From positions 1-64,000 of the IMG/VR virus record IMGVR_UViG_3300024346_008124: a DNA stretch of 64,000 nucleotides. One strand, written 5' to 3'. Within the stretch, counting starts at the first letter, position 1. Each line of letters begins with the position of its first letter. Shown here one piece after another: positions 29,231 to 36,440 of this stretch. Below the pieces are notes generated by a model. It did no database searches, was not told the origin of the DNA, and worked only from the letters and a program-made list of their open reading frames with translations. The stretch comes from a virus. The position numbers and the translations under genes were made by a program.

Positions 29231-29903
29231 AACATATGTCATGCACTATAAGCCACTACGAGACAGAAAGGAATTTATACTAAAGCAACTGTCTTCAAAG
29301 GGTATAGAAAATTTTGAATTTATAACGGATTTTGATAAAGATGTTTTGACAGAAAAAATCATAGAAGATTACTACCTAGAAGATGAAGAAAAACACTTCA
29401 AAGAGTGCCAAGTCTCTATGAGACAAGGAGAAAAATACCAATTCCAAAAAATGAAGTACGCCAGCATATCCCTTTGTATAAAGCATGTTGAGGCTTTTGA
29501 AAAAACAAAACAGCAAGAAGAAGATTTCGCACTATTTCTAGAAGATGATTGTAGATTTCATCAAGATTCTACATCTTTAGAAGAAATAATATCAAAAGCG
29601 CCACAAGACTGGGATGCCATAGTAATAGGTGGCCCATTTAAACATGATATATGCCAATACAACTTCATAGTCGGAGATGACAATTCAGCCTACTTAAAAG
29701 CTAAACATCCCGCGACTAATACGACTAGTAGTATACTCTACAGAAAGTCTACAGCAGAAAAAATAATGCCGTATGTGAAACCCTTTTCACTACCTATTGA
29801 TTGGCAGCTTAACTTTGCTTTCTGGAAAGCTAAATTAAACGTGTATCACATTTATCCATATATATCCACACAGGGAGACTTTAAGAGTACCGCAAATGAT
29901 TAA
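29223..29903 (+). CDS. GT25 glycosyltransferase
   Basis: YVMH...DRK, SLCIKH, LFLEDD, LPIDW; ATG at 29223 preferred. Confidence 0.82.
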   Translation: MYKTYVMHYKPLRDRKEFILKQLSSKGIENFEFITDFDKDVLTEKIIEDYYLEDEEKHFKECQVSMRQGEKYQFQKMKYASISLCIKHVEAFEKTKQQEEDFALFLEDDCRFHQDSTSLEEIISKAPQDWDAIVIGGPFKHDICQYNFIVGDDNSAYLKAKHPATNTTSSILYRKSTAEKIMPYVKPFSLPIDWQLNFAFWKAKLNVYHIYPYISTQGDFKSTAND

Positions 29904-30729
29904 TGTTAAATATGTAGGAAGGCTTGGAAACAACATGTTTCAGTATTCTCTAGGTAGGATACTAGCAGAGTCTATGGGTTTGAGACTTAATTCACCGCCC
30001 ATTCCAGAGTTCTCCAGAACTTTTGAACTAGTAAACCCAGAGCGAATAGAACCCTATGAGCCAATTGTTTTTAATGACCACGTTTTAAGAATAAATGATG
30101 AGCCTGTATCTGTAGAAGATATAGTTAATCTGAAAGATAAAGCCGTATACCTCGATGGATGGTTTCAAAGATACGAATATTACAAGCCCTATAAACAAAA
30201 AATTAGAGAATGGCTGGACATAGAAGATATAGACGTAGGACAGACGGATAACGATGCGATTGTTCACTTACGTATGGGCGATTGTATAACGGGAGACTTA
30301 GCAAAAGACCCATATGTGATGCCTCATGGGTACTTTAACAAAGCTCTAGAGATTATGGATTTTGATAATCTTTTCATATGCTCAGATCCAGAGACTTTAA
30401 ATCATCCACTATTTAAAAAATACATGGAGAATTTTAAAGAATACTGTCCCACACTACTATGTGGAGATAAAATAGAAGATTTTAGAGCCATAAAATCGTT
30501 TGATAAAATAGTCATGTCTCAAAGTACATTTTCTTGGTGGGGTGCATTCTTATCAAACGCTTCTCAAATATTTGTTCCGGTTCCAGAGCCGGGACCGCAC
30601 ACCAACGAATGGAGCCTAGAGAGCAGAAACGTTGCCGTTTTTGTAGATGACGAAGATAGATACAGCTACTTAAAGCAGTATGGGACAGAGTGGAAACTAG
30701 TAAACCTTAAAGATATACCGGAGACATAA
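29896..30729 (+). CDS. GT11 alpha-1,2-fucosyl/colitosyltransferase-like
   Basis: GRLGNNMFQY, GWFQ, HLRMGD, STFSWWGAFL. Confidence 0.9.
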   Translation: MINVKYVGRLGNNMFQYSLGRILAESMGLRLNSPPIPEFSRTFELVNPERIEPYEPIVFNDHVLRINDEPVSVEDIVNLKDKAVYLDGWFQRYEYYKPYKQKIREWLDIEDIDVGQTDNDAIVHLRMGDCITGDLAKDPYVMPHGYFNKALEIMDFDNLFICSDPETLNHPLFKKYMENFKEYCPTLLCGDKIEDFRAIKSFDKIVMSQSTFSWWGAFLSNASQIFVPVPEPGPHTNEWSLESRNVAVFVDDEDRYSYLKQYGTEWKLVNLKDIPET

Positions 30730-30730
30730 A

Positions 30731-31306
30731 ATGGAAAACAATTTTTATAACAAAGAGTATTGGTACGATAATTCACAAGAGCATTCAGACGTAGATAACT
30801 ATGGAGAAAATTACTACGCTTACAAAATATATAAAAACTTAATACTAAAACTTAAAGACATACCAGATACAGGATATATTGTTCTACTAGGAACAAACAG
30901 ATGTGTATCGTTTAATTTACTATGTGACCACTTCGGAAAAGATAGGTGTATCGGTTTTGATATTCACAATCCCACAAATCACCCGCGCGTTAAAATTAAA
31001 GACTGCACAAAATTATCAGAACTAGACAATATACCCATAGCATTTTGCCACAACGACTTGGGAAGTTTTCCAAAAACTCCAAAATTAAAAATACATGGGC
31101 AAAATTGGGCTGCCGCAAATATAATTAATGGAGGATATTTTTTAGGAAGGAATAATTTAAATGCTGCTAAATTTAAATCAGAAGAGTTTATGAAAGACTT
31201 AGGATTTGAAAACAAGCAATTTAAGGATATTGTAAATGATTACGATATGACAGACTTTGAAGAATCTTGCATAGAGGGACACATGATCTCAAGGAGAACC
31301 GTATGA
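30731..31306 (+). CDS. hypothetical protein, possible SAM-methyltransferase-like fold
   Basis: IVLLGT...CIGFDI...INGGYF pattern; very AT-rich. Confidence 0.5.
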   Translation: MENNFYNKEYWYDNSQEHSDVDNYGENYYAYKIYKNLILKLKDIPDTGYIVLLGTNRCVSFNLLCDHFGKDRCIGFDIHNPTNHPRVKIKDCTKLSELDNIPIAFCHNDLGSFPKTPKLKIHGQNWAAANIINGGYFLGRNNLNAAKFKSEEFMKDLGFENKQFKDIVNDYDMTDFEESCIEGHMISRRTV

Positions 31307-31965
31307 GCATAATAAAAGACTACAATCTAGATAAATACAACTTCTGTGAAGAGGTAAAGAATATTTTTTATGTTGATGAATTAAAAAATCTACACATAGA
31401 AAGAAGCGATTTATTACCTCAAGATAAATTAAACTTTGACAATGAGACAAAAACAGACTTTCATTCCACCTTTTACGGGGGTTTAAAGTCTAAAAAAGGA
31501 AAGGCTATAAAAGATATTTACAATAGCTTCATTTCCGAGATTGTTGCACCTATGTTTAATAGAAGTTTCGTGTATCAGGCTTTTCCAAGCTTTAGGGTCC
31601 ACATACCCAACGACCAAGCTGTGCATAAATGGCACTATGATTCTGACGAAAACCACAACCACCCCGATTGGGAGATAAACTTTCAGCTAGCGCTTACTAA
31701 TATGTACGAAAGTAACGCTATGTGGATAGAATCGGTTCCGGGGCTTAGAGACTTTAAACCTTTGGAAATGAATCTTGGGCAATTCGCAATTTTTTATGGC
31801 AATCAGTGCGCTCATGGGAATAAGGAGAATACAACTGGTAACACAAGGGTTAGTATGGATTTTAGGGTTATCCCATATGAAAAATATGATGAATCTAAAG
31901 CAAAGAATTCCGCTACCGCAAATACAAAATTTGTTATTGGAGAATATTATAGGCTGTATAAATAA
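31303..31965 (+). CDS. 2OG-Fe(II) oxygenase (StrG-like)
   Basis: HYD facial-triad motif, distal HGN, RVSMDFR; ATG 31303 with AAGGAG SD. Confidence 0.78.
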   Translation: MSIIKDYNLDKYNFCEEVKNIFYVDELKNLHIERSDLLPQDKLNFDNETKTDFHSTFYGGLKSKKGKAIKDIYNSFISEIVAPMFNRSFVYQAFPSFRVHIPNDQAVHKWHYDSDENHNHPDWEINFQLALTNMYESNAMWIESVPGLRDFKPLEMNLGQFAIFYGNQCAHGNKENTTGNTRVSMDFRVIPYEKYDESKAKNSATANTKFVIGEYYRLYK

Positions 31966-32615
31966 TGTACACTAAAACACAAGATGTAATAGAACTACTA
32001 GAGAAGCAAGGTTACAGTATAAGTGACCCTTGGGATATCGTGGAAGCTTTTGAAGACAAGGTCGCAAAATACGCAGGCAGTAAGTATGCGGTAGCTACAG
32101 ACAGTTGTACCAATAGTATATTTCTATGCTTAAAGTATCTGCAAGCAACCGGCAAAGTGGAAGTCCCGAAGAAGACATATTTATCTGTACCTCAAAGTGT
32201 TATCCACGCAGGATGTGAGGTTGAATTTACTGATCTTGAGTGGTCTGGAGCCTATAGACTAAACCCATATCCAATTGTAGACAGCGCCACGAAGTTTACT
32301 AAAGGTATGTATATTGAAGATTCGTATCAATGTCTGTCTTTTCACATTAGAAAAATACTACCCATTGCTAAAGGTGGTATGATATTGACAAACGACAAGA
32401 GTGCTGTAGAGTGGCTTAAACTAGCAGAGTACGAAGGAAGAGATAGGCGTGTCCCTCACGACGAAATGCCGCCCCCAGCCATGCTGGGATGGAATATGTA
32501 CATGCCCCCTGAGCAGGCCGCTAGGGGCATAGAACTGTTTGAACAAGCTAAAGACTTTAACGAAGACTCTGGCGGTTCTTGGAAATATAAAGACATATCA
32601 CACTATAAATACTAA
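31965..32615 (+). CDS. short DegT/DnrJ-family PLP aminotransferase
   Basis: FEDKVAKYAG, DSCT, DSA, SFHIRKILPIAKGGMILT with the catalytic Lys; only 216 aa. Confidence 0.8.
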   Translation: MYTKTQDVIELLEKQGYSISDPWDIVEAFEDKVAKYAGSKYAVATDSCTNSIFLCLKYLQATGKVEVPKKTYLSVPQSVIHAGCEVEFTDLEWSGAYRLNPYPIVDSATKFTKGMYIEDSYQCLSFHIRKILPIAKGGMILTNDKSAVEWLKLAEYEGRDRRVPHDEMPPPAMLGWNMYMPPEQAARGIELFEQAKDFNEDSGGSWKYKDISHYKY

Positions 32616-32626
32616 TAGGAATTTTA

Positions 32627-33097
32627 ATGATAAATGTATCAGCTTTAATAGGAGACTTAGGACCATCACAAAAGTCTTTTTATCTAATAAAAGCCTTTAA
32701 CGAGCTTTCTAGAAATCCAAACCTATCCTGTACGGCTTTTGTTTTAAAGATATCGCCGCCATATACAAAACCTCTTTTTTCATGCTCCAGCGTTTCGTTT
32801 CTTTCTAACTATAACGGTGTATGTTTAGCCACTAACCTAGAAGAAGCTCAAATTCTTCTTAAATCAAACAACAATTCTAAAAAATATCTTTACCTGTGGG
32901 ATATGGAATGGATTAAAAGACCAATGAACTACTCTCAGGTCTGCGATATACTGCTAGATGATAGACTAAGTATTATATCAAGAAGCGACTCGCACTCCTG
33001 CATGATAGAAAACTACTGTAATAAACCTCCAATAGCCACCATACAAGATTGGAACCCGTCCCAAATTTTAGAAATACTGGAAAAAACCCATGCCTAA
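32627..33097 (+). CDS. stand-alone GT-B N-terminal-like domain protein
   Basis: CLATNLEEA...KKYLYLWDMEW resembles the WsaF-type N-terminal Rossmann half. Confidence 0.45.
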   Translation: MINVSALIGDLGPSQKSFYLIKAFNELSRNPNLSCTAFVLKISPPYTKPLFSCSSVSFLSNYNGVCLATNLEEAQILLKSNNNSKKYLYLWDMEWIKRPMNYSQVCDILLDDRLSIISRSDSHSCMIENYCNKPPIATIQDWNPSQILEILEKTHA

Positions 33098-33869
33098 TAT
33101 AGATGAATCTTACGTATTAAAAAAGTATCAAGATAATAGTAGCACATACTCCATAGCAAAAGAACTGAACACATATCCAAAAAAGATAGAAAGGATATTG
33201 AAAAAGAATGGAGTAACAATGAGAACCCGATCCGAGGCTCAGGCTAATGCTATAAAAACAGGACGAAGCAAACACCCAACAAAAGGAGAAAAGCGATCAG
33301 AAGAAGACAAGAACAAGATTAGCAGGGGTAAGGAATTAAGCTGGAAAAATACTTCTGACGAAGATAGAGAGAAGTTTTCAAAGCAAGCAAAGGACAGATG
33401 GGAAAAGATTCCGGCAGATAAGAAAAGAGAAATGATGGAGAAGGCTGGTCGCGCCCTTAGAATTGCGGCTATAGAAGGCTCCAAGGCCGAGAAGTTCTTA
33501 GAAAGAAAGCTTAACGAGATGGGCTATGATGTAGTGCTTCACAAGAAAGATCTTATTGAGGGCAATTTTGAAATTGACTTGTTTTTGCCTCAGTTAAACA
33601 CTATAATAGAGATAGATGGGCCACAACACTTTCTCCCAGTGTTTGGAGAAAAGAAGCTACAGGAAGTTATTAAGTTTGATTCTATCAAGAATGGACTTCT
33701 GGTTTCTAAGGGGTTTTGTGTTGTGAGAGTTAAATATCTTTGTAAGAATATGTCTCGCGCCGTAGAGAGAAGATTGTGGGATTTGGTATCGGAACAGGTT
33801 GGAAAACTACAGGAAAAGTTTCCTCCTAAGAATAAACGTTTCATTGAATTGGAGATAGGACATGAGTGA
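33090..33869 (+). CDS. HTH/NUMOD3-like + Vsr/DUF559-like endonuclease (homing-endonuclease-like)
   Basis: STYSIAKELNT HTH, GEKRSEEDKNKIS NUMOD3-like motif, GSKAE, EIDLFLP...IEIDGPQH. Confidence 0.78.
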   Translation: MPNIDESYVLKKYQDNSSTYSIAKELNTYPKKIERILKKNGVTMRTRSEAQANAIKTGRSKHPTKGEKRSEEDKNKISRGKELSWKNTSDEDREKFSKQAKDRWEKIPADKKREMMEKAGRALRIAAIEGSKAEKFLERKLNEMGYDVVLHKKDLIEGNFEIDLFLPQLNTIIEIDGPQHFLPVFGEKKLQEVIKFDSIKNGLLVSKGFCVVRVKYLCKNMSRAVERRLWDLVSEQVGKLQEKFPPKNKRFIELEIGHE

Positions 33870-34635
33870 TAATTTAAGTACAGATCTATTTGACAAAGAA
33901 GCACTTGAGAAAGAAAAGGACGCAGAAGCAACAGGCCCGGATATGACCATGCCCGCATATGGATGTGACGAGTGGCACGACTATGTCATGAGTAAGTTTC
34001 ACAAGTCGGAGATGTACAATGGAAACCCTCTCACCACCGGCCTGCGCAGAGTCGCAGAGGAACTACTGGGAGACATACTGGTGAGTAGACCAGTTCAAGT
34101 AATAGCGTCTGACGATCCCAACGGTCCCGGTAGGGCTACTGTTGTGTTTGAGGTCGTTATTGACTGGATGGGTTCAGGGCAGCTTAGAACTTATGGAGAT
34201 GCGGCTGACTGCTGGCATGGTAACTCAGATGACCTATTTTGCGCTCATCCCGCTGCCACGGCTAGCACCAAGGCAGAGGGAAGATGTTTGAGAAAGGCTC
34301 TTAAAGTACGCTGTGTGGCGGCAGAAGAGATCCCAAGAAACAAAGACGTTGTAGCTATCGTGCGGCAGTCTATCGCATCTAAGCCAACTACAGGAGAGTG
34401 GAACGAAGAAGATCCTATTAGCGTTCCTCAAGTTAATTTTATTGATGGGAAGTGTAAACAATTAGACATCGACGTTGTTGAATTTATCAACTCTGGAGAA
34501 GGAAGTTACAAGAACATAGGAGAAGTAAGTAAGAAAACAGCATCTAAGATGCTAGCGATATTGAACGACTATCAGAACAAAGCTAAACCTACCCCTGCTA
34601 AAATTGTAGGGTATAACTCAAACTGGAGAGAATGA
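33862..34635 (+). CDS. Rad52/Sak-like single-strand annealing protein
   Basis: GLRRVA, ATVVFEV, ATASTKAEGRCLRKAL helix; small C-terminal helical domain. Confidence 0.55.
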   Translation: MSDNLSTDLFDKEALEKEKDAEATGPDMTMPAYGCDEWHDYVMSKFHKSEMYNGNPLTTGLRRVAEELLGDILVSRPVQVIASDDPNGPGRATVVFEVVIDWMGSGQLRTYGDAADCWHGNSDDLFCAHPAATASTKAEGRCLRKALKVRCVAAEEIPRNKDVVAIVRQSIASKPTTGEWNEEDPISVPQVNFIDGKCKQLDIDVVEFINSGEGSYKNIGEVSKKTASKMLAILNDYQNKAKPTPAKIVGYNSNWRE

Positions 34636-34964
34636 TGAAGTTAAATTACAAGTTAGGAAACCTTAGCGTAGAATTTGAATGCGATACCCCTAAAGAGGTG
34701 TTTAATCAACTTTCTATTTTCCAAGAGGTTTTTGGAGAAACTAAATGCGGCAAATGCGGATCTGAAAATCTTAGATTTGTAGTTAGAGTCGTAGACGATA
34801 ACCCGTATTACGAAATTAGGTGCATGGACTGCGGCGCAAAACTAGCGTTTGGGGCCAATAAGAAAGGTGGCGGCCTGTTTCCAAGGAGAAAAGACGCTGA
34901 AGGAAACTGGCTTCCAGACAAAGGTTGGACTAAATGGAACGCTAAAACCAAGCAGGTAGAATAA
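34632..34964 (+). CDS. zinc-ribbon protein
   Basis: CGKC...CMDC and a Trp-rich basic tail. Confidence 0.75.
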   Translation: MMKLNYKLGNLSVEFECDTPKEVFNQLSIFQEVFGETKCGKCGSENLRFVVRVVDDNPYYEIRCMDCGAKLAFGANKKGGGLFPRRKDAEGNWLPDKGWTKWNAKTKQVE

Positions 34965-35018
34965 TTTAGGATTCACTTTATCGTTATGACTAGATCATAA
35001 TTCACAGTATAGTCCTAT

Positions 35019-35051
35019 AAAAAAACCCCGCCGTGATTGGCGGGGTTTTTT
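35019..35051. terminator. bidirectional rho-independent terminator
   Basis: AAAAAAA-CCCCGCC-gtgatt-GGCGGGG-TTTTTT between convergent gene blocks. Confidence 0.93.
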
Positions 35052-35075
35052 GTCTCTAGGTACAAGTGACAAACC

Positions 35076-36068
35076 CTACAGATACTCTAAAGCTACATAA
35101 AGACCAAATTGCTCCTTGGAGCCAATCGCAAGAGGACTAGCCGAAAGCGCAACACACCAAGTGTGGTGAGTATGAACCCCCGTGCCGCCAAATGTATACT
35201 TTTTACCATTTGTAGAATCTCCGTCCATCGTTCCGATTCCGGGATGGTAGATTGAGTTTTGCTTAGTGGAGTCTATGTATTGGGACCACTTAGGCCAAAC
35301 CAAACCGTAGTTAGTTCCGTCTGGAGTTCCCGCAGGCGAACCCGCGATTTCTTGAAGACCCTTTTGACCACTTCCGGGAGAGTCTAGCAAAGGAACAATA
35401 ATTCCCGTTCCACCGGCAGTTTCGTCGTCACCAACAGCAACTCCATTTCCAACTCTACTGTCGCCATTTACGACAGCGGCGGTATCTAGACCGTTGTAGA
35501 ACTTCGTACCAAGACTATTCTCATAGAAATTTTGAGCAGAAACTAATTGAGCGGGCCAAGGCTCTCCCCACCAAAAAGCGTCCCCACTTCCACAGTGATT
35601 TGAAGCCACTCCGTCAGCCCCTTGAGAAACCGGATTTGCTCCATTCCAGTTCACAACTTCCGCCACCTTTGTGTTCACGCCGCTGGCCGGGCTATTGATA
35701 TTAGTTCTATCGTAAATTCTTAGCTGGCAATTTTGGGTTTTTACAGGGGTCGTGTGACCAAACCTAATACCAAGAGTTGTTTGATAGCTCACTACACCAC
35801 TCAGGCCAACGTTGAAAGTTGAAGCGCCAGCACTGCCTACAACACACTGACCACTAGGAAATACAGAACTTCTGTATTTAACGTTGTTTGTCTGCCCCTT
35901 GGTTTCGCTACCGTCACCATTTGAAACAAACGTACCGTCTTGATATGCACCAATCTGCACAGAAGATCCAGCCGTTGCTCCAAAAAATCCGAGTCCAGAA
36001 CCCGATAAGGTTTCTGTATCTGGAACCATTTGGTTGCTGTAATTTACCTGAAAGTCTATAATCGCCAT
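35076..36068 (-). CDS. putative virion structural protein
   Basis: 330-aa Gly/Ser/Thr-rich beta protein, strong AAGGAG SD, last gene of the structural block. Confidence 0.7.
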   Translation of the reverse strand: MAIIDFQVNYSNQMVPDTETLSGSGLGFFGATAGSSVQIGAYQDGTFVSNGDGSETKGQTNNVKYRSSVFPSGQCVVGSAGASTFNVGLSGVVSYQTTLGIRFGHTTPVKTQNCQLRIYDRTNINSPASGVNTKVAEVVNWNGANPVSQGADGVASNHCGSGDAFWWGEPWPAQLVSAQNFYENSLGTKFYNGLDTAAVVNGDSRVGNGVAVGDDETAGGTGIIVPLLDSPGSGQKGLQEIAGSPAGTPDGTNYGLVWPKWSQYIDSTKQNSIYHPGIGTMDGDSTNGKKYTFGGTGVHTHHTWCVALSASPLAIGSKEQFGLYVALEYL

Positions 36069-36096
36069 TTGAAATTCTCCTTGATTAAGGTTTGTC

Positions 36097-36110
36097 TATA
36101 TAAGATACAC
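36097..36110 (-). promoter_or_regulatory. candidate late promoter GTGTATCTTATATA
   Basis: In the 56-nt gap upstream of the SD of the 36068 gene; shares GTGTA plus an AT-rich tail with 859-870. Confidence 0.35.
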
Positions 36111-36124
36111 AATTATTAGTAAAA

Positions 36125-36430
36125 TTAGGTTTTTTTCTTTCCGCAAGATTTGCATCCTCCAGATTGATTTTGGTTTAAAGCGCCCCATTTTCCGATAGGG
36201 CAAGACTCTGATGCCCAGCTAGTCTTTATACTAAGAAAACAGCCGCACTGACCACAAGAAGGATTATCTTGTGGAGGTAGTAAAAAATCACATCCAGCAC
36301 ACATTCTCATTCTATGCTGCTTGACATTTTCGGAAACATGCTCAAATCCTGAAGCGACGTGTTTAATAGATGCTCTTGTGAAATTTTCTGCTTTTTTAAT
36401 AAAGTTTGGAGGTTTGTTGTTTTCGTTCAT
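36125..36430 (-). CDS. Cys-rich small protein (DUF6171-like)
   Basis: RMRMCAGC...CGQCGCF...K...CPIGKW plus C-terminal CKSC. Confidence 0.75.
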   Translation of the reverse strand: MNENNKPPNFIKKAENFTRASIKHVASGFEHVSENVKQHRMRMCAGCDFLLPPQDNPSCGQCGCFLSIKTSWASESCPIGKWGALNQNQSGGCKSCGKKKT

Positions 36431-36440
36431 TTTATATATC

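Noticed and set aside
14757-33097. Bacterial O-antigen/capsule locus, meaning the window would be a host chromosome
   Set aside because: No wzx, wzy, wzz, ABC transporter or priming transferase; the genes are contiguous with phage-type replication genes and share their composition
34965-35018. Small structured RNA upstream of the terminator (TTATGA-ctaga-TCATAA hairpin)
   Set aside because: A short AT-rich stem that could arise by chance; no tRNA or known ncRNA features
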